A stretch of 12,335 nucleotides of DNA from the NCBI GenBank assembly GCA_046583315.1, contig JAYGCN010000186.1, positions 1 to 12,335 of the forward strand, in the 5' to 3' direction. This stretch comes from Candidatus Hydrogenedentota bacterium. GTDB lineage: Bacteria > Hydrogenedentota > Hydrogenedentia > Hydrogenedentales > GCA-2746185. Shown one piece after another: positions 1 to 7,516 of the stretch. The position numbers and the translations under genes are program-made. The notes under the pieces are model-generated. The model did not search any database and was not told the DNA's origin. It saw nothing but the letters and a program-made list of their open reading frames with translations. Within the stretch, counting starts at the first letter, position 1. Each line of letters opens with the position of its first letter.

Positions 1-26
1 GGCTCCGCGGGAGCGTCGCCGTCCCA
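1..26. repeat. Possible REP-like GC-rich palindromic element (truncated at the window edge)
   Basis: GGCTCCGCGGGAGCGTCGCCGTCCCA with internal hairpin GCTCC-gcg-GGAGC, 5 nt beyond the bioD stop. Only one copy in this window. Confidence 0.3.
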
Positions 27-31
27 TACAA

Positions 32-745
32 TTACGAGAATAATCGTGGTAAGGTCGGGAAACAATCTTCGAATCTTGTCCAGGCTAGGTCGGGTTCTGA
101 TTTTAGTTGGGTGAGGTAGTCTACGTTGCCGAGGATTTTGGTGTTGCCGAAGGATTGGATGGCGGCGGGGTTGTCTTGTTTGATGAAGTCGGGTTCGATG
201 TCTTCGACTTCGTTGAGGATGACGCCTTCGAGGGTGAGTCCGGCGTTTCGGATGGCTTCGATGGAGAGCAGGGTGTGGTTGATTGTGCCGAGCCCGCGGT
301 GGGCGACGAGGAAGACGGGGTAGCCGAGTGCTTTCATCAGATCGAGCAGGGTTTCGGTTTCGGTGATGGGCGCATAGATGCCTCCGGCTCCTTCGACGAG
401 TACGCATTCGTATTGGGCGTCTAACTTTTGTGCGCACTCGAGGATGTGATTGATGTCGGGATAGCGTTTCGCGAGACGTCCTGCGAGATGGGGCGAGCAG
501 GCGGGTTCGTAGAGGTAGGGGGCCATAACTTCCTGTTCTTCGGGTGTGAAGGAAAGTCCTGCCGCGTCCCAATGGACTTGCAGGTCGGGGGCTAGCCAGT
601 GTCCATCGATTTTTTCGGCACCGGTCTGCGCGGGTTTCATGGAGATGGCGTTGACACCGGTGCTTCGGAGATAACGCAGGAATCCGGCAGTGATGATGGT
701 TTTGCCGACATCGGTTCCGGTAGCGGTGATGAAATAGTTGTTCAC
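32..745 (-). CDS. bioD: Dethiobiotin synthase
   Basis: 237 aa with GTG start. P-loop ITATGTDVGKT, KPAQTG, SPHLA, VEGAGG and LGTINHTLL are all BioD motifs. Lies 2 nt downstream of the bioF stop. Confidence 0.96.
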   Translation of the reverse strand: MNNYFITATGTDVGKTIITAGFLRYLRSTGVNAISMKPAQTGAEKIDGHWLAPDLQVHWDAAGLSFTPEEQEVMAPYLYEPACSPHLAGRLAKRYPDINHILECAQKLDAQYECVLVEGAGGIYAPITETETLLDLMKALGYPVFLVAHRGLGTINHTLLSIEAIRNAGLTLEGVILNEVEDIEPDFIKQDNPAAIQSFGNTKILGNVDYLTQLKSEPDLAWTRFEDCFPTLPRLFS

Positions 746-747
746 GG

Positions 748-1908
748 TCAGACTTTGCTCGGCTGCACGACCTGGGCGATGAGTTTTGCGGCGTTTGCAA
801 GGTCGTCTTCGCCGTGGGCACGTGTCAGGGAGATGCGGAGTCGTGCGGTGCCGTGTGGAACGGATGGGGGACGCACGGCGGCGAGCAATACGTAGTCTTT
901 CAGAAGTTCGTCCATGCAGTGTACGGCGTCGGCGTTTTCGCCAATCATGATGGGGATGATCTGGGAGTCTTGATCGGGTACGGACACTCCTTCAGATTCG
1001 AGGGATGCTCGAAAGCTCTTAGACCGGACCAATAATTCCGCGCCCATATCCGTGTTGAGGCGCATGACTTCGAGGGCGGCAAGGGCGCTGCCAACGCAGG
1101 CGGGGGATAGTCCGGTTGAAAAGATGAAACTACGTGCGCGGTTGATGAAAAGGCTTCGAAAGTCATCTGGACTGCAAATAAATCCGCCGCCGCTGCCGAA
1201 GGATTTGGTTAAGGTGCCGACGATAATGTCGGGCCTGACGTTCAACTGATAGCAGAGTCCATGTCCGTCGCCAAAGATGCCGATGGCGTGGGCTTCGTCG
1301 ATAGCGAGCAGGCAGTCGTATTTTCTGGCAAGTTCTGTCAGGCGTTTTAGCGGTGCGTGGTCGCCGTCCATGCTGAACACGGAATCGGAGACGATGAGTT
1401 TACGGCCTGTAACGGTTACAGATTGCAGGAGGGTCTCGAGGTGATCGGCGTCGGCGTGATCGTAGATGTGAATGGGCGCGCCGGAGAGTCTGCAGCCGTC
1501 CACGATGCTCGCGTGATTAAGCGCGTCGGAGAAGACGGCACCTTCGGCATTGACGAGACTGGTGACCATGCCGAGGTTCGCCTGGAATCCGCTGGGAAAA
1601 ACGAGACAGGAGTCCATGCCGAGCCAGTCGGAGAGTGCTTCCTCAAGTTGCTCGTGGATGGAAAAGTGTCCGGCCATCAGACGTGAGGCGGTTGCCCCGC
1701 AACCGAATTTTTCGATGGCTTCAATGGCACCTTCTTTGACGCGGTAATCGTTTGCGAGGTTCAGATAATCATTGGAGGAGAGATTCATGTAGTTGCGACC
1801 CTTCCACTCGACGAAGCCGCCGGAGGATTGCAGGGTGCGCAGTCGACGGGTGAGTCCCAGTTCGTCGAGTTGTGCGAGTTCTTCTTGTATGGATTCGTGA
1901 TTGGACAT
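748..1908 (-). CDS. bioF: 8-amino-7-oxononanoate synthase (PLP-dependent)
   Basis: 386 aa. Motifs SSNDYLNL, GATASRL, SGFQAN, DALNHASIVDG, SVFSMDGD, DEAHA, GTLTKSFG (PLP lysine) and RPPSVP..ARLR. Adjacent to bioD. Confidence 0.96.
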   Translation of the reverse strand: MSNHESIQEELAQLDELGLTRRLRTLQSSGGFVEWKGRNYMNLSSNDYLNLANDYRVKEGAIEAIEKFGCGATASRLMAGHFSIHEQLEEALSDWLGMDSCLVFPSGFQANLGMVTSLVNAEGAVFSDALNHASIVDGCRLSGAPIHIYDHADADHLETLLQSVTVTGRKLIVSDSVFSMDGDHAPLKRLTELARKYDCLLAIDEAHAIGIFGDGHGLCYQLNVRPDIIVGTLTKSFGSGGGFICSPDDFRSLFINRARSFIFSTGLSPACVGSALAALEVMRLNTDMGAELLVRSKSFRASLESEGVSVPDQDSQIIPIMIGENADAVHCMDELLKDYVLLAAVRPPSVPHGTARLRISLTRAHGEDDLANAAKLIAQVVQPSKV

Positions 1909-1919
1909 GGATAATCGGG

Positions 1920-1949
1920 TACACTATGGTTTGTTGTCCTATAAGTATA
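1920..1949. promoter_or_regulatory. Putative overlapping divergent sigma70 promoters (bioF / trmH)
   Basis: The 51-bp spacer 1909-1959 has TACACT on + (1920-1925) and TATACT on - (1949-1944), both -10-like. No convincing -35 identified. Confidence 0.4.
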
Positions 1950-1959
1950 CCGAATTTCC

Positions 1960-2694
1960 GTGAGGATTATGGAATCTCTGTGTCCACATACCGATTCTGT
2001 CGTGATTGAGGGTCGTTCGTTCACGTCCGCAGAGGTGATCGAAGCGTTGAGTAGTTATGTTCGCCCGGAACGCCAGGAGACGATTCGAGCGGTGGTGGAG
2101 AAGCGTACGTATACGGTCACTCCGGTTCTGGAGGGGGTGCATGACCGAGGAAATATCAGCGCGGTGATGCGCACGGCGGAGTCGCTGGGCTATCAGTCGC
2201 TGCATATTATCGAGACGGAGCGTTTTTTTCGGAAGGCGAATCGGGTGACGCAGGGGGCGGATAAGTGGCTGGATGTTTCGCGGTGGCCTACGACGCGGGA
2301 GTGCATGGGTCATCTTCGAGGTCGGGGATATCGCATCGTGGTGACGGATATGAATGCCGATTCGAAACCAATCGGTGACGTATCGTTTGACGTGCCGACG
2401 GCGTTGTTTTTCGGCAATGAAGGCACGGGCGCGAGTGATGAACTGATTGAGGCGGCGGATGATTGTGTAGTGGTACCGATGGACGGGTTTACTCAGAGTT
2501 TCAATATTTCGGTGGCGGCGGCGTTGAGTTTGTATCATATTCAACAGGCGCGGATTCGGGAATTTGGTAGTCATGCCGATTTAACCGAAGCAGAGAAACA
2601 GAATTTGCTTGCCTCGTATTTCATGAGGTCGGTGAATCGTTCGAAAGAGATTTTGGTACGGTTACGCGATGAGAAATCGCAGGAGTTGGCATGA
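1960..2694 (+). CDS. trmH: SpoU/TrmH-family tRNA 2'-O-ribose methyltransferase (Gm18 type)
   Basis: SPOUT motifs VLEGVHDRGNISAVMRTAESLG, FFGNEGTG and VPMDGFTQSFNISVAAA. The start is uncertain (GTG 1960 or ATG 1969). Confidence 0.88.
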   Translation: MRIMESLCPHTDSVVIEGRSFTSAEVIEALSSYVRPERQETIRAVVEKRTYTVTPVLEGVHDRGNISAVMRTAESLGYQSLHIIETERFFRKANRVTQGADKWLDVSRWPTTRECMGHLRGRGYRIVVTDMNADSKPIGDVSFDVPTALFFGNEGTGASDELIEAADDCVVVPMDGFTQSFNISVAAALSLYHIQQARIREFGSHADLTEAEKQNLLASYFMRSVNRSKEILVRLRDEKSQELA

Positions 2695-3344
2695 GAACAC
2701 GGAAACAGATTTTGGATGAAATGCTGGCGGACGGCATTGTTGCGATAGTGCGGCTCAGGAGCGGAAAACCGTTGCCGAAGGTTGCGGAGGCGTTGCATGC
2801 GGGCGGCCTGAACGTGATGGAATTCACGATGAACACGCCAGACATGCTGAAGGGTTTACGTACGAGCATTCGGACATTGCCGGACGTATTGTTTGGCGCC
2901 GGTACCATATTAAATCACAAGGCCGCGGATCAGGCGATCGATTCGGGCGCAGAGTTTATCGTTTCGCCAAACACGAAGGCGGAAGTGATGGAGCAAACAC
3001 ATCTGATGGGTAAGGTTTCAGTGCCGGGTGCGTATACGCCGACGGAGGTGGCGTTGGCGGTGGATTTGTACGCGGATATCGTGAAGTTGTTTCCGGCGGG
3101 CGGATTGGGTCCTGAATATATTCGCGAATTGATGGGGCCGTATGATCAGTTGAAGATTATGCCGACGGGCGGGGTCAGCGCGGACAATATTTTGGATTAT
3201 TTTCGGGCGGGCGTGTGTGCCGTTGCTGCGGGCGGCAGTCTGGTGAATGACGCGCTGGTGGATGCGGGCGATTATACGGAGATCACGCGTCGGGCTCGGG
3301 AATTGCGTGATGCGGTGGATGCGGCGCGGAAGGAACTGGCGTAG
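2691..3344 (+). CDS. eda: KDPG/KHG aldolase (class I)
   Basis: 217 aa. Motifs VAIVR, MEFTMNTP, GAGTIL, FIVSP, PGAYTPTE, VKLFPA (Schiff-base Lys) and MPTGGV. SD AGGAG at 2681-2685. ATGA overlap with trmH. Confidence 0.92.
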   Translation: MRTRKQILDEMLADGIVAIVRLRSGKPLPKVAEALHAGGLNVMEFTMNTPDMLKGLRTSIRTLPDVLFGAGTILNHKAADQAIDSGAEFIVSPNTKAEVMEQTHLMGKVSVPGAYTPTEVALAVDLYADIVKLFPAGGLGPEYIRELMGPYDQLKIMPTGGVSADNILDYFRAGVCAVAAGGSLVNDALVDAGDYTEITRRARELRDAVDAARKELA

Positions 3345-3992
3345 ATGGCGGAATCGGCGCGAAAGTTATTCTACATTGCGGACCCAATGTGTTCGTGGTG
3401 TTATGGTTTTGCAGGAGTTATTCAGGGCATTCATGCTCAGTATCAGGATCGTATCGACATTCGATTGGTAACCGGTGGGTTGCGGGTGGGATCGGCGCAT
3501 CGGTTGACGGATAAATTTAGGGCGACACTTTCTGAGCACTGGAAAGAGGTGGAGAAGGAAACGGGTCAGGCCTTCAATTACGATTTCGCGGTGCCGGAAG
3601 GCTTTGTGTATGACACGGAGCCTTCGTGTCGGGCGGCGGTGGTCATGCGGCGCAACAAGGGCAACGAGGTGTTCCCGTTTTTCGAGACGCTGCACAAGGC
3701 GTTTTATATGGGGAATCGGGATTTGACGGACGCGGAAATTTTATGTGAACTCGCAGAGGCTCACGACCTAAAGGCTGAGACGTTCATGACCGAATTTAAT
3801 GATGATGTGGTGAAGCAGGAGACCTATGATGATTTTGCCTTCGGGCATGGTCTGGGGCTTCAAGGGTTTCCAAGTATTGTGCTCCAGGATGCGCGGGGGC
3901 TGGCGTTGTTGACATCGGGGTACCAGCATTTCGAGGCCTTGTCGCCTATTGTTGATGATTGGCTTGCGGCGGGCGACGCGGTATTGCCTTAG
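3345..3992 (+). CDS. DsbA-family (FrnE-like) thioredoxin-fold protein, predicted cytoplasmic
   Basis: N-terminal YIADPMCSWCYGF (CxxC) and cis-Pro motif GFPS. No signal peptide. The ATG directly follows the eda TAG. Confidence 0.88.
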   Translation: MAESARKLFYIADPMCSWCYGFAGVIQGIHAQYQDRIDIRLVTGGLRVGSAHRLTDKFRATLSEHWKEVEKETGQAFNYDFAVPEGFVYDTEPSCRAAVVMRRNKGNEVFPFFETLHKAFYMGNRDLTDAEILCELAEAHDLKAETFMTEFNDDVVKQETYDDFAFGHGLGLQGFPSIVLQDARGLALLTSGYQHFEALSPIVDDWLAAGDAVLP

Positions 3993-5008
3993 GCGGATTT
4001 GCGTCTGGCGATCGGTGCGGCGAGTTTCACGACGAGCAACTCGAGGGCGAGTTCACTGTCGACACCGGTGCTGCGCATCATGAATTGGGTGTCGGTACAC
4101 AGAGCGAAGGCGCGGCGTAGTTTAAGGAGACCCAATTTCTCGGTCAGGGGTCTTACTTTTTGTGCGACGAATCGGCTGATGTTGGGTTCGCCTTCGGCGA
4201 TGGCGACGGCGTAGGCACTTTTGAGTAGCCAATTGATGGTGCCGATCATCTCGTCGGGATGTTTACCGAGATCGGTCAATCGTCGCAGGGCGGCGAGTGC
4301 ATCGCCGGAGCGGGAGGTGGCGATGGCATCGGTCAGCGCCCATATTTCTTCTTCGGTAACGTCTGTGCAGGCCTTGGTTACGTCTTCGGGGCTAATTGTG
4401 TCGTTGTCCTGTCCAACGTAGTTCGCGACGAGGGTGAGTGCGTTCTGTACGTCGCTCAGATGGTTCCCGGTGCGGTCCATGAGTGCGCGAATGGCGGTGC
4501 CGGGCATGGATTTTCCCTGTTTCTGCACTTCATCGCGGATCCATTGGGTGACTTCGTTGTCGTTGAGACTGGGGCATTGGACAATCATGCCGGCTTTGTC
4601 GCAGGCTTTGTAGAATTTGGTTCGTTTGTCGACTTTGTTGGACAAAAACAGGAGCACGGTTGATTCGTTGGGCGCGGCGAGGTAGTCGAGCAAGGCTCCT
4701 GCGGCGGTCTCGCTGTTGTATTTTTCGGCGTTGCGCACGAAGACGACGCGTTTGTCGGCCAGGAAGGGCAGGGTTTGCGCGTCCATGACGATGCTGCCGA
4801 CGGGTGTTTCGTCTGCGTAGAAAGCCGCGTAGGCGAAATCGCGATTGGCGGGATCGACGGTGGCATCAACGATGGCTTCGATGGTTTGTTCGGCGAGTAT
4901 GGGTTCGAAGGTGGCGTTGCGCGCGCGCGGCGATTTTCCGGGACAGAACAGGTACACGGGTTGGGGTGGCTCGTTTTGAATCGCTTGTGTGATTTCGGAT
5001 GCGGTCAT
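3989..5008 (-). CDS. holA: DNA polymerase III subunit delta
   Basis: 339 aa. PVYLF, AQTLPFLADKRVVFVRNAE, DKRTKFYK, IWALTDAI and C-terminal ELALELLVVKL match the HolA pattern. Directly downstream of lptE, as is typical. Confidence 0.92.
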   Translation of the reverse strand: MTASEITQAIQNEPPQPVYLFCPGKSPRARNATFEPILAEQTIEAIVDATVDPANRDFAYAAFYADETPVGSIVMDAQTLPFLADKRVVFVRNAEKYNSETAAGALLDYLAAPNESTVLLFLSNKVDKRTKFYKACDKAGMIVQCPSLNDNEVTQWIRDEVQKQGKSMPGTAIRALMDRTGNHLSDVQNALTLVANYVGQDNDTISPEDVTKACTDVTEEEIWALTDAIATSRSGDALAALRRLTDLGKHPDEMIGTINWLLKSAYAVAIAEGEPNISRFVAQKVRPLTEKLGLLKLRRAFALCTDTQFMMRSTGVDSELALELLVVKLAAPIARRKSA

Positions 5009-5011
5009 GGA

Positions 5012-5587
5012 TTACCAGGGCTCGATGGTTCGAATGAAGATTTCTGATGCGACGCCTTCAATGGCTTCGGATGCGGCCCGGTTTTCCTCATCGGTTTGAA
5101 AGGAGCGCACGGTGGGCGTGAAGGTTTGGGTGTTGCCGCGCAGGCGGTCGGAGGATGAGCCGATGCGCGGGGTTGAGTAGCTGTTTTCGCCGATCACGTA
5201 TCGACTGCTCCACAGGATGTCGCCGGTATCGGGGTCGAATACGCGGGTTTGTGCGGTAATGATCATTTCAAATTGGAGGACTTCATCTTCTCGGTCGAAG
5301 GTGAGCCCACGCAGCTGATAGTCCAGAATGGCACCTTCAACAAGCAGGTCTGCAGCGGCCCGGTCGACCACGCGCAGTCGCCCGTCGTTGAGAAATTTTC
5401 GTGTGATGGCGTTGGTGAGAGGTGCCTGGAGATCGTATTCACCGGTATCGTTTTTGAAGGGCAATACGTGGATGGTCTGGTATCGTGGATCGAGACTGGA
5501 GCCCATGTTGTAGCCGCAGGCGCTGAGTGAGACGACGCTAAGGATTGCAAGTGCACTGAGGATGGCAATGCGGCGGGCGTGGCTCAT
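5012..5587 (-). CDS. lptE: LPS-assembly lipoprotein LptE family
   Basis: Start reassigned to ATG 5587 (ATGA overlap with the bamD stop), giving 191 aa. Signal MSHARRIAILSALAILSVVSLSA-C with lipobox LSAC followed by GY. TIHVLPFKNDT and ADLLVEGAI are LptE-like. Upstream of holA. Confidence 0.85.
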   Translation of the reverse strand: MSHARRIAILSALAILSVVSLSACGYNMGSSLDPRYQTIHVLPFKNDTGEYDLQAPLTNAITRKFLNDGRLRVVDRAAADLLVEGAILDYQLRGLTFDREDEVLQFEMIITAQTRVFDPDTGDILWSSRYVIGENSYSTPRIGSSSDRLRGNTQTFTPTVRSFQTDEENRAASEAIEGVASEIFIRTIEPW

Positions 5588-6615
5588 CCGCGTGTCAACC
5601 TGGAAGCGATGAATTTGGTATACATGCTGCCATCGGGGGGATTTTCGTCGAGCCATTTTCGCGCGTCGGCAACGGCATCGGTATCGGGGTACTGGTTCAC
5701 GACTTTTTCAAAGCTCATGCGTGCACCAATGGGGTAGTTGCGTTTGACGTAGTGGAAGCCGGTCTGGAGGTGTTGTTTGGCGATGCGCTCACGCATATCG
5801 GCGGTGATGGCATCCATGTCTTCGCCGCGTGGGTCATCGGGGAACTGTCGCTTGAATCGGGCGACCGTATCGATGGTCAGCTGGCTGGGTGCCTGGTCGC
5901 ATTCGGCGGGACCGGAGTTTTTTTCGTAGGCCTTGGTCAATCCGTAGAGTGCATCATTGACCCAGATGGAGGTGTTGTAGTCTTCGAGGACACGTCGGTA
6001 TTCGAAGGCGGCTTCCTGGTACAGGTCGCGGGTGTAGTAACAGAGCCCGACTTTGTATTGGGCTTCGGCGGCGGTATCGGTGAAGGGTTGATTGTCGATC
6101 ACCATCGTGTAGACATCGATGGCGCGCTTGAGCGGGCGGTATTTCATGAGTCGGAGTTTTTGGTCGAGCCGCCATTTGGGAGCGTTATCGATTCGCTCGG
6201 CTTTGGCCTGTCCTTTGTCGAAGAGTGAATCCCCCACCACGTATTGTTGTCGTATTACTTCGTCGTAGAGCGGACTGCTGGGGTATCCGGATATCACGAG
6301 CTGGTATTCTTCGGCGGCCTTGACATAGTTTAGATCGGCGAGATGGATGTCGCCGCGCAGTTTCTGGTTTTGGTCGGCCCAATCGGAATCGCCGTAGAAC
6401 TTGATGAATTTATTGGTTTCATTGAAGGCATTTGAGTATTCGTTGCCGATGAGCAGTGAGCGTGCGAATTCAACTTGGAGCTCGGGCGTTTCTTTGGGCA
6501 TCCGGTCCAGGTTTACGAGTCGACCGGTTTCTGGTGTCCAGGTCCATTGCGCGACAGCGGGTACTGCGATGGTGAGCAGTCCCAAGGTGACCAAGCGTGT
6601 CATACGGGTTCTCAT
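5584..6615 (-). CDS. bamD: Outer membrane protein assembly factor BamD-like TPR protein
   Basis: 343 aa. Repeated TPR helices ending in YPSS, PFTD..AEAQYKVG, FPDDP and YPDT. The C-terminal 'AKQHLQTGFHYVKR...GARMSFEKVVNQYPDT' is BamD-like. Strong SD AGGAGG upstream and a Sec signal peptide. Confidence 0.82.
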   Translation of the reverse strand: MRTRMTRLVTLGLLTIAVPAVAQWTWTPETGRLVNLDRMPKETPELQVEFARSLLIGNEYSNAFNETNKFIKFYGDSDWADQNQKLRGDIHLADLNYVKAAEEYQLVISGYPSSPLYDEVIRQQYVVGDSLFDKGQAKAERIDNAPKWRLDQKLRLMKYRPLKRAIDVYTMVIDNQPFTDTAAEAQYKVGLCYYTRDLYQEAAFEYRRVLEDYNTSIWVNDALYGLTKAYEKNSGPAECDQAPSQLTIDTVARFKRQFPDDPRGEDMDAITADMRERIAKQHLQTGFHYVKRNYPIGARMSFEKVVNQYPDTDAVADARKWLDENPPDGSMYTKFIASRLTRG

Positions 6616-6664
6616 TGTGCTCCTCCTATGCCTGACGTGCGGACATATCCCCTAGATGGTATGT

Positions 6665-6694
6665 ATGTTACCAATTTGCCCGGGAAAACCGCAA
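6665..6694 (-). promoter_or_regulatory. Putative sigma70 promoter of the bamD-lptE-holA operon
   Basis: Minus strand TTGCGG (6694-6689), 18 nt spacer, then TAACAT (6670-6665) preceded by TGG (extended -10). Sits just after the cyclophilin terminator. Confidence 0.55.
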
Positions 6695-6701
6695 GTTCAT
6701 G

Positions 6702-6731
6702 AAAAAAACCTGCACCTTTTGGGGGTGCAGG
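6702..6731 (-). terminator. Rho-independent terminator of the cyclophilin gene
   Basis: Minus strand CCTGCACC-cccaaaa-GGTGCAGG followed by T7. Begins 26 nt after the stop codon. Confidence 0.88.
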
Positions 6732-6757
6732 CTTGTAAAGTGGCGGTGATTGGGGAA

Positions 6758-7426
6758 TTATTTGGCGAGTGCGGCGCTCCACTCTTCGACGCGGTCTTTG
6801 TGGGCTTCGAGCAGGGCTGAAGGGTCGCCTTGAATGGTGACCTTGGTCAATTTGTCGCCACCTTCAATAGCATCAACGACTGCCTGGTCCTCGGGTCCGA
6901 CAACTTCGCCGAATACGGTGTGTTTTCCGTTGAGGTGGGGGGTGGGAACGTGGGTGATGAAGAATTGGCTGCCGTTGGTGCCGGGGCCGGAGTTCGCCAT
7001 GGAAAGTTTACCGGGTGCATCGTGGGGCAATTCGGGGGTGGTTTCGTCTTCGAATTTGTAGCCTGGTCCGCCGGTACCGGTACCGAGCGGGCATCCGCCT
7101 TGAATCATGAAGTCGGGTATCACGCGGTGGAAATTGAGCCCGTCGTAGTAGCCCTGTTGAATCAGGTTGACGAAGCTGGCGACGGTGACGGGTGCTTGCT
7201 CGGGAAATAATTTCAGGTGGATGTCACCTTTGCTGGTGCTCATGGTAACGGTCAATTCTTCGGACATGGTTTCTCCTTCTGCCGGGGATTCGGTTTCGCT
7301 CTCCGGTGCTTCGACTGCAGTTTCGGTGGTTGAATTGGTTTCGGGTTGTGCTTCGGATTCGGGTGATGAGCATCCACTCAGCACCACCACGGCGGCACAT
7401 AATAGAATGGTGTGAAATGATTTCAT
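6758..7426 (-). CDS. Cyclophilin-type peptidyl-prolyl cis-trans isomerase, lipoprotein
   Basis: Cyclophilin motifs [44 protein letters not shown] and [10 protein letters not shown]. Start set at ATG 7426 (SD GAGG). Signal [19 protein letters not shown] with lipobox LSGC, then an acidic Ser/Thr/Glu/Pro linker. Confidence 0.93.
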   Translation of the reverse strand: MKSFHTILLCAAVVVLSGCSSPESEAQPETNSTTETAVEAPESETESPAEGETMSEELTVTMSTSKGDIHLKLFPEQAPVTVASFVNLIQQGYYDGLNFHRVIPDFMIQGGCPLGTGTGGPGYKFEDETTPELPHDAPGKLSMANSGPGTNGSQFFITHVPTPHLNGKHTVFGEVVGPEDQAVVDAIEGGDKLTKVTIQGDPSALLEAHKDRVEEWSAALAK

Positions 7427-7462
7427 AGTATTCCTCGCTGTCGGTTTGTGGTGAAGCCCGGT

Positions 7463-7492
7463 ATGGTACCTTAGCGAGGCTGAAGGGTTCAA
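7463..7492 (-). promoter_or_regulatory. Putative sigma70 promoter of the cyclophilin gene
   Basis: Minus strand TTGAAC (7492-7487), 18 nt spacer, TACCAT (7468-7463). Confidence 0.4.
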
Positions 7493-7516
7493 CTGAACAG
7501 CGGCAGGCGGGATTGC

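Noticed and set aside
1939..2574. 211-aa antisense ORF opposite trmH
   Set aside because: Arg/His-rich shadow ORF with no motifs, fully overlapping a well-supported gene.
5588..5656. 23-aa N-terminal extension of lptE in the ORF track
   Set aside because: It overlaps bamD. ATG 5587 gives a proper lipoprotein signal and an ATGA coupling.
7427..7492. TTG-started N-terminal extension of the cyclophilin
   Set aside because: No SD and it would bury the signal peptide. ATG 7426 has an SD, and this stretch looks like promoter/leader.
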